Shown here piece after piece: positions 1 through 12,334 of a stretch of 64,000 nt of DNA (positions are counted from its first letter, which is position 1; the number at the start of each line of letters is the position of its first letter). The stretch is from the NCBI RefSeq assembly GCF_009834535.1, contig NC_045702.1, positions 27,032,001 through 27,096,000 of the forward strand. Reading direction: 5' to 3'. A program made the translations under genes and the position numbers. The DNA comes from Camelus ferus. Lineage: Eukaryota. The notes beneath the pieces were generated by a model. It saw only the letters and a list, made by a program, of their open reading frames with translations. It was not told where the DNA came from and did not search any database.

Positions 1-2843
1 GGCATCCTAAGCCAGTGATCCCAAGCAATTTGTTGGCAAGAAAGCATCTTTTATATTTTAAGTTACATAGACTATGCATCAGGGTATTGACTAGTCCTAT
101 TATTATTAGAATAATAAAGAGCCGTACTAGAATTGTCAAAATAAATGAATAACGTACATCCTGAGATGAAATATCCATGACTTTTATTACATGTGTTCAC
201 ATACTTAGTAATTTGTAAAAATTCAGCAACTGTCTCCCTTGTCATTTGTGTGAATTAACAAAGCCCTACTGTAATAGCAGTTAGGATGGTAAGCATGGAA
301 AATGAAGTTACATTTCTAAACAAATGAAGGTTATGCTCTTATTGAGTCCAGCGTGAAGACTTCGTGTCAAAGAAAAAGCTTAAAATAGGATATAGCTTAA
401 AAGCTAGCATGGAACTGAGGTAACAAAGACTTTTAAAAGCAATGTAATTGTTGCATGTCTTAGTTGACTACCAGGCTCCCACCGGCTCATTGTTCTTGGA
501 ACCTTTTCTTAGTTCTGACTGTGGTCTTTCAGGACATTAGCTGACTCTAATTTCTGTAATTTTTAAAAAAAATAATGATTTTCAAAAATTTTCTGATGAA
601 GTGTCTATACTTTTTGTTCGTCACTCCTCTTGATGCAACATTTTTTTTTGTCTTACCAAGAATAACGGTATTTTCACTTCTCACTGAGACATTTCGAAAT
701 GTTGAATTGTTACACTCTTGCTTACGATTATTTTTATGTAAAAATTATGTCAGCTCAAAAGAATCTGTATAAACCTTGAATGGTTTGTCCATGGAAAGAT
801 ATGCAAACATACATGCACAGAACTACTACCTACTTAAATAAAATCATTAGCATTTAAAATACTTATTTACTTAACAAAATAAGACTCATTTGCTCTGAAA
901 TGTCAGGAACTCTGTTTGATTATTCAAAGCACACATACAATTTTGTCTCCCTGGATTTGTGCACAACACTTTAATGGCAGAAAACCAAGCACAGTTAAAA
1001 TAAAGCTGGAACGTTGAAGAACATAGCTTCCAGTAACTGAAGTTAGTATGTAACGTGGATAGTGGAAACGGTACAATCACAATAGGGTTAATCACAGCTG
1101 AAATGTTATGGGCTCAACTTAAAGGACAGATAATGACCTTCTACAAGTATTTCACTGCTTATCTTTTAGCAGTTTATTAAACATTATTGGTGAGTCAGGG
1201 TGTAAAGGTCATGCATTGGTCACTTAAGAGATATAAAATTTGAAGCCAGGTATGATGCCACATAATTTCATGTTCCAGTTTAAGAGTCAGACCAGATTGC
1301 AATATTTGGGTCCAGTGTGGATTATAGTTAATTTTTTAAAATAATTATTTCTCTGAACATCATCATTAATGATGACTTACAATAAGTCAAAAACTCTTTT
1401 GGGAGAAGAAAAAGGAAGATGATCAGAATCTGCACGTGGTCCCACTGAGCTGATGCTCCTTCTGAGAGGTGAAAAACGGATTACAGAGAACTGCCACTTC
1501 AGCTAAGTCTTCTGCAGAGGTCTAGACACGAGAGGGATCATCACACCTGTGGGGAACTGCACATAATTCAACATGGCCCTCGTTCCGAGTGGGTACAAGA
1601 GCGAGACGGAGAATGAGTCTGGAAATCGAGGCAACATCCAAATCACGAAGAACTCATGTAAGTACAGCAACCATACATCCCAGTTTTCCCTGGACAATAG
1701 CAGTTTATGTCTACTGCCACAAAAATAGTTAGGAGCAATGCCTCCTTTCACTCAAAAACATGAGATAAATGCTTGTGTCCACTCTACTTAGAGGCGATAG
1801 TGAAGGTTAGGTTGCTATCCTATACGCAGGAGGAAGCAAAATTCTGTTTTCTCTAAAGCATCAGGGATGCATAACTCATAGCCTCGAACTTTTAGAACTT
1901 TATAGACCAGTGAAAAAGATCAAATATGTACACACAACTGTAAAATGAGATGGGAAGTAGTTTGTGTCATAGGAGAACCATGGCAGTTCCAAGCTTCCCC
2001 CTACATGAATCAGGAAGACTCTATGCAAGATGTGGCATTTGACATGACCTTGAAAGAGAATAAGGGGTTTGGACCTACACTTTCTTTGCATCCAGTGGTC
2101 CAGATAGCTCAAATTTACATATAGGAATAATTTACTAATCTGGTTCACTATAAGGGTTATACATAACTATCATAAGAATTTAAAAGCCAGTATTATATTA
2201 GAAAGCACACAATAAATTGGTATCTTTAGAGATGTAAGTGTTGAAAATGGAGATTCAAGGAGACATTTAAAGCTACAGTTTACGCCATAGTATTCCTGAT
2301 TAGACAGTCAGATTGGTGAAATCCATACATCCTCAAATCACTTTCTGTGTCAAGACAGAAAAGTGCAGCTGTGCAAGCAGGAAAATAAATTAGCATAAAT
2401 GATTAGGTCTATGATCCTACCAACCGAGCTGATGAAGAGGGGAGAAAGAGATGGTAGTAAACCTTTTGAACTGTGCATCTATTGAGAGATTTACAAGTGC
2501 TCTTGGCAATCAGGGTTGTTCTCCACCCTTTGAATTGTCCCTGACAACAAATTATCTTTTCATGGTCCAGCCTAACATAGTAATTTAGGAAAATCTTCCA
2601 GGTCTATCTGATAGTTTGTAGCATCATGACTCGAAGCCTGGCCAGTTTAGGGCAGAGGCTTTTTGGCTTCCCTCAGCTTGGTATGCGGGTTTGTGTTTTA
2701 AAACCATTTACGCACACAACCTGCATTTAAAAGGCCTTTCCTGGTACTGCAGAACCTGGTGGATTGAAGACTCTTTTATATTCCTTATCTGTATGGTTCA
2801 CCTACGCAGGCTCTGGGTGTTTTCTATCTCTGATTGCTTCAAT

Positions 2844-2854
2844 TTAGGCAGAAT
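2844..2854 (-). CDS. Candidate terminal coding exon portion (exon 5 of hypothetical minus-strand 109-aa ORF)
   Basis: Minus-strand acceptor tttatattttgcactag|attctgcctaa. Phase 1 from exon 4 gives Y-S-A-stop. No homology recognised. Confidence 0.15.
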
Positions 2855-3842
2855 CTAGTGCAAAATATAAATTCAGAATAAAAATAAAAAAGACAGACAA
2901 GTAACATAGGCAAGAAGCATTACTGAAAATAACAGAATACACAGAATTCCTTTATTATTTAGTATTTCTACAAAATGAGTACTTTATAGAGATTTGCTTT
3001 ATTATTCATGAAACCAGCACTAAATTTACCAGATTTTAGAGACACAGAACCTGAGACGTAACACAATGTGATTTGCCTAATGTCGTAAAGCAGCTCTGTC
3101 AAATTGGGATTTAGAACATAAAGAACTTGAATATTCATGACTTTTATTTACCTTCTCTGGTCCATCAGGAGCGATTCTTAGAACTGTTATTATGTCTTAT
3201 GCTGAACAATCACTTTTCCTAGGATTTGTAGCATATTTGAAAGTCAGCAGCTTACATGGCAATCGTAACCAAGCACATTAGAGCAACTCATTTCTAAAAT
3301 CAAGAAGAGGATGCAAAGAAGTCTTGTTTACCCCTCTACTTCGTTCCAAAGACCACTTTACATATATTATCCCACTGATCTTTTAATATCTCCATCCTGG
3401 AGTAACTAATGTCCTTAGCTAAAGCCTGCCGAGATTAAGAGATTCACTCCTGTCACACCATAAGTCCTTGGTTGAGGAGTCAGTCTTCGTGTAAATTCTG
3501 TTCTAATACTGTGCCCTGTGTCCAACTGGCCAGATGAACTTGGATTTTTGAATAGTGCTTACACAAAACCTATTCTGAAAAGTCCAACTGAAAGCTAACA
3601 TGGAGGACTACAGCAGAAAATAATTTCACTTCCCAACAACAGGCTGAGGATAAGAAGGGCAGATGGAGCTACAGAAGAGAGCGATTGGGAAGAGTGACAG
3701 GAACACTGGAAGTAGAGGTCCAGAAAGAAAGCTGAAAAAAACATCAAAGTGGAAGCTGCGACTAGAAAGGTGGAGCTGTAACTTTGTGTGTGAAATGCAA
3801 TTCCATTATCATTAGGATTTTACTTTTTCATAGAATAATAGA

Positions 3843-4002
3843 AATGGATGGCACCTTGAGGGGTCATTGGGTGCGATACTTGCGTTCAGGCAACTAATTA
3901 GCTGATGATACAGAGGACAGAAGGATGTCAAGACTCACCTAAGAAAATAGATCTTTCTTCCATTTACCTAATAGATGATCCTGCTGTTCCACTACCACAC
4001 AG
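3843..4002 (-). mobile_element. Degenerate MIR-family SINE fragment
   Basis: Resembles reverse-complement MIR core and tail (…gatacagaggacagaagg…ctgttccactaccacac); runs into the N gap. Confidence 0.4.
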
Positions 4003-4005
4003 GTA

Positions 4006-4162
4006 NNNNNNNNNNNNNNNNNNNNNNNNNNNNNNNNNNNNNNNNNNNNNNNNNNNNNNNNNNNNNNNNNNNNNNNNNNNNNNNNNNNNNNNNNNNNNNN
4101 NNNNNNNNNNNNNNNNNNNNNNNNNNNNNNNNNNNNNNNNNNNNNNNNNNNNNNNNNNNNNN
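4006..4162. other. Assembly gap (157 N)
   Basis: Run of N seen directly. Confidence 1.
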
Positions 4163-4280
4163 TTTTAATGTCTTAACAACTTTCACATACTTTTCATTTG
4201 AATCTTGTAACAATCCTATAAGGTAGGTGAGGCATATACATATATTAAAGCCACACAGCTTGACATGTGAGGGCCAAATA
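4163..4280 (-). mobile_element. Degenerate MIR fragment
   Basis: tcatttgaatcttgtaacaatcctataaggtagg…aaagccacacagct resembles reverse-complement MIR. Confidence 0.45.
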
Positions 4281-5389
4281 AACTTGCATAATGTTCATCC
4301 ATTACAAATTTGGAGATTATTTGTAATAGCATCTACAGTTACCTTATCTAATATACATATCCAAACTCTCATCTGCTTAAAAAAAAACTGTTCTGAATCC
4401 TACATTTTCATCCTTCCTTTATTTATTGGCATCTTAATTGCCAATAAAAATTTATAGTTGGCTTAGCTGATCATTTGACTAATTTAATCAAATAATTTTA
4501 GCTTCCTGTCTGTCACATAATCATCTCATTACTATCACACTATCATGTCTTCGTTCAGAAATTATATTCCCTATTCTTTTTTAGAAGCTTCCTTGAGCAC
4601 ATACTCTGTTGTTGCTTTTTTTTTTTTCATGGCATTTTCTTTTATTTCACTGATCCATGTTTATTCTCTCTAACCTTCTCAAGGTCAAGAACTCTCTTTA
4701 CCTTTCTATCCCATTTAGAAAACATTTGTTAAATGCATACTTCTATTTTCATACATATAGACACATGGAGTTGTTTTTTTTCATCTTGTTACAGAAGCCA
4801 ATGAGTATTGAAATATCAAATTAAAACGTATTTTAAAAATGACTGTACATTGCCTGGAAAAGGCCAGTTGACCACCCTCAATGAGAAATTATAATTTGTT
4901 TAGTAAATTTTTCACAGTTCAGGGTTAGAGGTAAATACAGCAAACCCCAAAACTTAATTTTGTTACCATGTTAAAAGAGCCCCACTTCTTAGGGACATAG
5001 TCATATTAACCAATATATAAAAGTTGATATAAAATCAGAATACTATTTTAACTTAGATGAGCAAAATTTACAACTGAGCCAGCACCGTTATGCTTTCATT
5101 GCCATCCCATTTCTTCCTGTAGACCTAATCACTTCGAAAACCAACTTGGAATCAAAAGGTTTATTGGAAAAAGAGCATAAAGACTTAACAACTTGTTGAC
5201 TCAAACGTTTACTGGATTAGCCTAAGGTAGACTGATGGACCCATTTATACAATAATGCTAACCTTTCCAATGAAACGGTAACACTTGAAGTCCACTGGCA
5301 CCTTCATTTGCCATATTGTACTAGCAATTTGATTTTTACTTAAAGGTGCTTTTGATTTTATGTGTGAGCTAATTTATAGCATCACATTC

Positions 5390-6060
5390 CATCACTCACT
5401 CACCCATTCATTTATTCATTCAAAAATATTTATTGAGCACTTATTAAATGTCACTGTTTTAAGCATCAGGTAACAAAGACAGACCTAATCCTCCTAGTGT
5501 TCCCATTATGTTCATGCAGACAGGGGATCAAATAACCACAAAAATGAAATATAATTATAAACTTATACAAATAAGAACTCCAAAGGAATGGGCATTAGAT
5601 AAGTGCATGTACAACACGGACAGATCCTGAACTATAAAGAAGATATGGGAGCTGATAGCTGAAGAATAACTGGGTATTAATATCACAAGTTGACTGGGAA
5701 GCGGTGCAGAGGGAGCAGCCTGAGCAGGGGCCTGCCGTGTCTGGGACGTCGTCTGAAGGACGATGCAGCTAAAGAGCAGAGAGTGAGAACGTGAGGGCCT
5801 TGAACAGCGGCCGGACGGTCTGGTGGGGGTAGGCCATGCTTAGCCTTGTTAGATAAAGTAAGAATTTTGTCCTTTAACCTCAGAGCTAAGGAGAACTATT
5901 AGAAAGTTTAAGCAAGTTGGCATGAGCGGATCTCCTCCTGAAATCCGTCACTCTGGCTGCAGTGGGATGTGAGAGATTAAAGGAAGACAGGGTGACTCGC
6001 TGTCGCCTGGACCAGGACGGGTGAAGAGGAGCTGAGAGAACAGCTCACTTGTTGATTTCC
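5390..6060 (-). mobile_element. L2 LINE 3' fragment
   Basis: Starts with L2 tail complement (cattcatttattcattcaaaaatatttattgagcac) and includes the L2 hallmark tcactctggctgcagtg. Confidence 0.8.
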
Positions 6061-6329
6061 ATGAGCAAAATGTCAAGGGTGTTTTTTTCTCCTTCAGTTT
6101 CAAGTTTTTTTTTTTTTTCCTGATACTTTTGTAAGCATAAGGCAAACACCCATTCCTGTCTAAGCTCAGACTCCATCAAGCTATGGAATTATGTGAGAAG
6201 AAAGATTGCCATCAGACTCATAGTGTTTAAAAAATAGGCATGGTATCTATTTTAGTGCATTTAAATAAAATCACATAAATTATACAACCACAAATTGTCT
6301 GAAAATACAAACAAAAGAGCTATTACCAT

Positions 6330-6650
6330 AATTCCATTATTCCAAAACTATTAACATTTGTATGTATTCTCTTCCTTTTCAAATATTGAAAGTTTTAAGT
6401 AATTATAATCTTAACATGGGTTTTGTATATTTTCACTTCAAATCATAATCTTATGAGTTGCTATATGCTCTTAACTAGGTGCATCATTTTTCATTGAGTT
6501 TGTACCCCAGAATTTGGAAAACCAGTTCCCTATCACCTAGCTCACGTCAACATTTTTGTTATCATAAATGATACTATAACGAATACCCATATGCGTAACT
6601 TTCCCACGTTCAGAAGTATTTCATTAAACTATTAGAACTGAGATTATTGA
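6330..6650 (-). mobile_element. Old L1 (L1ME/L1MC-type) 3' UTR fragment
   Basis: Degenerate match to reverse-complement L1M 3' end (…acatttttgttatcataaatgatactataacgaatacccat…actgagattattg). Confidence 0.5.
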
Positions 6651-7171
6651 AATGACGCCATTAGTTAAACACCAATCCTCTGCTAACTCATATTATGAAT
6701 AAATGGCAGACAAAATCATTTAAACAAGGACTTTCCACTCATGTTGTTATTATTTTTATTCTTAAATGGATGTTATTACTTATTCAATACCGAGAACCAT
6801 TATTAATATATTCATTGTGAAAGTGTACTTGCAAAATTAGTAAGAACAAACATTACTTTTGAAAAAATATTTTCACCAGGAAAATATTATGATCTTAAAT
6901 AATTATGATAATTTGTAATTTATATTCATGGCTTACCTGATAAAATCATTATATGTCTTAACACTAACTCTGATTGCATAAATATTACATTAACTTCAAT
7001 CACATAAGAATTTTAGAAACTTTTAAATAAATATGAAGGTAATGAATCAGGTTTGAGTGTAAAAACCCCAGCTATATAAGAATAGATTTTATTATTTAAA
7101 AATTTTTAATTTTGTCTGATGTCTCTGTTAAAGCAATAACACTTTCATATGAAAGAGAATTGGGGAAAATA

Positions 7172-7893
7172 TATACTAGTTTTCTATTTCTGCTATAACA
7201 AATTATCATGAAGTTAGTGACTTAAAACTACATAAATTTCTTATCTCAGGACATAAATTTATTATCTCAGTTCTCTTAGGTCAGAAGTCCAGGAAAACCA
7301 CATAAATTTATTATCCCAGGACATAAATTTATTATCTCAGTTCTCTTAGGTCAGAAGTCCAGGTGGGATCAGCTGGTTTCTCTGCTCCTGATCTCACAAA
7401 ACTGAAATCAAGGTGCTAGCTGGCCTAGGCTCTTATATGAAACCATGAGGTATAATTCTGGAGAAGAGCATTTCCAAGCTCACCCAGGGTGTGGGTAGAA
7501 TTCAGTTCCTTGTAGGAAATGTGGTCCTTCTTTCCTCGCTGGCTGTCAGCCAAGACCACTCTCAGCTCCTAAAGGCCACCTGTGTTCCTTGCCATGTTGG
7601 CCCCTCCATTTTCAAACTGGCAGTGGCCTGTCCAGTGTATCCCATACTTCTAATCTCTCAGACTTTCTCTTCTGTGGCATTCTTTCCTCTTCCAGCCAAA
7701 GAAAGTACTTTGCTTTTAAAAGCTTGTGTGATTAAACTGGGCCTACCTGGATAATTCACAATAATATCCTTAATTTTAACGACATGTACAAAGTCTTTTT
7801 TGCCACATAAAGTATCATATCCAAAATCAGGTCCATATCAGGTCCAAAAGTTAGAGCGTGGACATCTTGGAAGCCATGATCCATCCTATAGCA
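7172..7893 (-). mobile_element. MaLR solo LTR (MLT1D-like)
   Basis: tatactagtttctatttctgctataacaaatta start; gtgattaaactgggcctacctggataat and gtggacatcttggaagccat match reverse-complement MLT1C/D. Confidence 0.85.
7224..7363 (+). repeat. 70-bp tandem duplication with an internal ~21-bp duplication, inside the LTR
   Basis: Units 7224-7293 and 7294-7363 differ at 3 positions; each has acataaattt(c/a)ttatc(t/c)cag twice. Confidence 0.95.
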
Positions 7894-9045
7894 AAGTGCT
7901 ATCATATTGAAACAAATTGTTGTTCCAACTCTTCGATTATTTACTTAGCCTAGTTTCCACATTTCTCACATATATATAACAGATATAATGAAATTTAGAT
8001 CCCCTCTAACAATATTTTTCCACTTCATATCCAACATGTATGTAGAGTAAATGAATATAATCTGTACATACAACTTCATTCCTGAACTTTATTCTAGCAG
8101 ATGGTTTATTGTATTGATAAGTTTTAGGGAAACTCTACTGAATTGAGATGAAGTTAAGAACTGTGACAATTTTCCAGATGATGAGGGAAAAACTGTAAGA
8201 AATTGTTGATTTAATACTTTATTCCTTAAATGAAGCCTAAGCTATTGGCTTCATTTTTTATTTTTCCTTTAGGTTACTTTATTTTTAAGTGGTGAACATT
8301 TACCTCACTGTCTCAACTGAATTTTTTAAAAAATGTTTTTATAATGAAATTTGTTGTCACTTATCATTATGTAGTCACTTAATTTTCTTCTGCTAGGAAA
8401 GAATCCTTGGATGGAAGTGACAGTATAGATTTGCCTTGGAAAAATGTTACAGCAGAATAATAAATTCTGATCATGAGATAACACACATAAAGGGTCTCAT
8501 ATAACGCTACATGAGGAGAATTTCCTGTCCATTTTCTAACCCCTGGACCTGATGCTCTTTTGCAGAGACAGGACCACAGATTCCTATTTATCAAGCTCTT
8601 TCCTTAAGCAGAGCTGACTTCATACTCTTCAGCCACGCAGCTAATAAGTGGCTGAAAGTAGCGCCCAAGGAGCACCGTGGAAGAGATGCAGGGAGCAAAA
8701 CGCATGCTTGACTCTTCTAAAAGCCCTATCGCTCATACTCGTGTAAATTTTTTTTTTAAGATGAGCTATTTAACTAACACACTGAGATTTCAGGGAAGGA
8801 GAGCTGTATCCTATTAAAAAACTGATTACGAAATACAAGAGAATTTAAATTTAAATGCACGCCTGAAATGAAATCTTATGAGTTATTCATGCATAAATAT
8901 GCAATGAAGATAGATGGAAAAATGGTTAAACTTGGCAATAGTAGTGTGTTCATAAAAGGCACCCTTTATTGAAGCTGTGTGCTAAACACTTGGGCTCCTA
9001 AACTTTTTTTTAATCTGCATAACAAATTTAAACCGATGAATGTTA

Positions 9046-9175
9046 GTCTCCTTATTTTGTACACTGAAGAGCTCAGATAAGTCAAGTAATTTGTCTAAGG
9101 TCACAGAGCTAGTAAGTGAAGGAGACTGTATTTTAACCCAAATCCTGGACTTTTTTATGTTACGCTGTGCTCTTT
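9046..9175 (-). mobile_element. MIR SINE
   Basis: ttttgtacactgaagagctcagataagtcaagtaatttgtctaaggtcacagagctagtaagtg is the reverse-complement MIR core. Confidence 0.7.
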
Positions 9176-10015
9176 CTTTTAGAAATCAGATACTAGATAC
9201 CGATTCTGCTGACACTTCACAGCTTAGTGATATTAATTACAACTTGAACTTCAGCTATGGATAGTATTTGTGAATAGCAGTTACAGAAATAGTTACAGAA
9301 GATATGATTCTGACTCATCAACTCTACTGAGAATAACATTTTCCTTATTTTCTTCAAAAAGGATATTGAGTATATCATTAACGAGGTCTAACTCTCATCA
9401 GATTTAACTATGATTTTGCTTCCTGCAATACAGACCAATTCACAGAAAATCATTATCTTTAGAATTGTGTGCAAATCCAATTTTGATAAATGGAATTGCT
9501 TTTTAATATGCAATGGGGTTACCTTAATGAAAGTAATTGTGTAGTCAATAATTTGTAAAATGAATAATCAATTCCTTGTTTACTATTGTTCGGTAGGTCA
9601 GAATCTGACAAACTATACATAAAATTATTTCACTGGAACAAATGCGTTCCTTCAGAGACAATAAAATGTTGATAACAAGTTACAATGCTGATTTCATACC
9701 TCACAGAATAACCTCAGAACTCCTAGAGTTTTATGTAGAATTTTATGCAACACTTCTTTAGGGTCTGTCGAAATTAGTTGTTGAAAAAAGACCGCATTGT
9801 AAAACCTTTCTATCCTTAAAAAGTCTTCCCAAAGCTCTGAAGTGTATCATGTAACAGCCCCCATGTCTGAGTCTACTTAAGTGTATTCTGTATATGTGTA
9901 TATGTATTCGTGGTCAACAGCAGGGATCCCACTTTCCCTCGAGTTAAATACAGACTATTTATAACAGTTCATCCAATAAGTTCATTAGTGTCTTCTTTTT
10001 CTTTTCTTTTTTTTT

Positions 10016-10125
10016 GAAAAATAATATGAAAACAATTATATGTATGTATATGTATGACTGAAACATTATGCTGTACACTAGAAACTGACACACTGTAACT
10101 GACTATACATCAATTTTAAAAAAGG
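10016..10125 (+). mobile_element. 5'-truncated L1 3' terminus (cetartiodactyl/camelid type)
   Basis: atgtatgactgaaacattatgctgtacactagaaactgacacactgtaactgactatacatcaatt followed by an A tail. Confidence 0.8.
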
Positions 10126-10879
10126 AGAGTTCAGCCAATTCACCCTCATGAGCTCTATTTATAGTACTTGGAGAGTCAGGCAGTATAGACATAGACTTCT
10201 GTCAGTAAATCATTTCCAGATGTGAGTAGTGCAAAGATCTTCATCCTAAACCTCAGATTCTTCTCCAGCTTTTTGATGCCCAGCCTCCTCTTTCAGTTGG
10301 CTCATCTTTGCAACACCATCAGGGTCTCTTTCTTGGGTTCTGCTCCCTCTTTCTCTTAGTAGAGAAAGGAGAAAAGGGTAAGGCTGGACTGAGAAACAAT
10401 ATATCTTTTGAAAAATGGAAGCAATATTTATATAATTAGATAGACTACTAAAATATTCATTTTAAAAAGAACACTCTCTTGTCTGCATTTGTTTGGTTAC
10501 ATGGATTATCGTAAGCATACTCCATAAAACCCTAGAAAAATTATTTGAAGTATCAAGGAAAAGAAAAACTTATTTTTATGATCTTTTATAAAGAAACATT
10601 CAGTACTTAAAACTAAAAGAAAAGAAAGGCCTTTGATTTGGGGAAATTCACATATTCATTTATTTAACAATATTAATTGAAATTTGGAAAATCAAAATAT
10701 GAATCATTTCCAGATACTATTCTCAAGGATCTTAGGGACTGATAGGAGATATGATACTACAGAACACTGCATCAGAAGGAAGAAAATGCTAAGTGTCTGA
10801 AAGAGATATAATTAAAATGCTACGGTGCTGGTTATTAAGTTACTATCTCTCAGTGTCAAATTCACCACTCTATGCTGTT

Positions 10880-11380
10880 TTGGGATGCTGGAGTCAGCTT
10901 TCAATCAAAGGAGAAGATGGTCGAAGGAGGGAGAAGAGATACACCACTTCCCTGCGCTGCTTCCTGCTCCTGTCACCATCACCTCACCTGCTGACTCTTC
11001 ATCTTCACAGCATCAGTTTATTCCCTATTCCATCTCCCTCACAACCCGTGAAGCTTGCTGGGATGCCTCATTCTCAGAATTCCAAGTCCCAATTCTGTGC
11101 AAGGACCTCCTCTGAGTTCCCGAGACACCAGCTGTGGCAGAACATGTCCCCTCTGGAAGGTGTGGGTCCCAGCCCCATGAGAACTTCCTCTAAAATTCTA
11201 GGCTCTCATAATCCCAATGTCCAGGGCTCAGTTCTCCCAGCCCTAAGGGTGATACCTTCTTCCCGTAATCACTGACTTTTCATAACCTCAGGGTCCCCCT
11301 CTCCTTTTGCCCTCCCATACCTGCTTAAACAAATTCTTAATTAAATTCTCTCTGGTAAAACAACTGATATGCTTTTTTAA
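10880..11380 (+). mobile_element. Probable ancient ERVL-class solo LTR (subfamily uncertain)
   Basis: GC-richer block ending in an LTR-like polyA/U5 segment (cttaattaaattctctctggtaaaacaactgata). Confidence 0.35.
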
Positions 11381-12276
11381 GTTTTTTTCTTTTACCGACT
11401 GGATACCAACTGATACAGCAATAAAAACTCAGACAAAGAAGTAAGCACTTCCAGACGCAGTGTTCAGGGGAGGCTTCACAAAACACATGTATGTCCGCTG
11501 GGCCGTGAACGAGAGCTCTGACGTGAGTTGAGACTGATGGTCAGGAAAGTGGAAGGAAGAGGCAGAGGCAGGAAAGCAGGAACCTATACAGGGCAGATGA
11601 ATAGGTCATCCCGGCTGAGGGGGAGGGTAAGAGAACAGGAAGAATGAGGCCAACTCAGAAATACCTGTCCCTTTTCCATGCAAAAATCCACACAGGACAG
11701 CTTGGAGGCCTTCTGATCTCATAAAACAATACAATGAGAGAACAATAGGGTTCAAAAATGGAACAAAATAAGAATACATTTTAAGGAGGAGTGAACTTCC
11801 TGACTTCAATAATTAATGTGGAAATACACACTCACTATCTAATTTGTTGCCATAAAAATAAATTGTAATTAAGTTAAAAATTTAAACAATTGGGAACTGA
11901 AATGTGCTATTTAAACATACTTTATAAATATTTACAGTAGGACTATAAATTATAACTGACTCAATGTAATGTTTGATATAATCCACAGGAACTAGGTGTC
12001 CATCCCCTGGGCATCCTGTGACATGTATTAGTGGGGAGCTTATAATTTGGACATTTGCAATTTATGTATTGTCTTTGAGAAAACCGAACCAAGACTTCCG
12101 CCTCACAACTGATTTCATGTTCTTTTGACAGTTTTTTCATATTTCTGACAGTTACAAAGCATATTTTGCCTTCTGGGTTTTTGGTGTGGACAGGTAAGAA
12201 TATGAGCAGGTCATCGGTCGTGAGCAAAACCATCAATCACACCAGTTTTTGAATGTGAAAATCGGATTTAACTTAC

Positions 12277-12334
12277 ATTGTTTATATTTGCAACATCTTT
12301 TCAAAGAAACTATACCCCCACTAGGATGAGTATG
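12277..12334 (-). CDS. Candidate internal exon (exon 4), HTHPSGGIVSLKRCCKYKQ
   Basis: Strong acceptor atttatttttttgtctatag and donor aat|gtaagt; 58 nt; only frame 0 is open. Confidence 0.25.

Noticed and set aside
3905-4226. Three ORFs spanning the first N run
   Set aside because: Artefacts: the Ns suppress stop codons.
7224-7363. CRISPR-like repeat-spacer pattern
   Set aside because: Only a nested tandem duplication inside a mammalian LTR; no unique spacers and no cas genes in a eukaryotic context.
1573-8460. Plus-strand chain 1573-1657 / 3975-4002 / 8397-8460 (MALVPSG…YDPAVPLPHRKESLDGSDSIDLPWKNVTAE*)
   Set aside because: Phases fit, but the middle exon is the tail of a decayed MIR next to a gap and no homologue is recognised. 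It shows that such chains arise by chance.
12281-12334. JAB/MPN metalloprotease motif suggested by HTHPSG
   Set aside because: The downstream S-x2-D catalytic signature and the rest of the MPN fold are absent.
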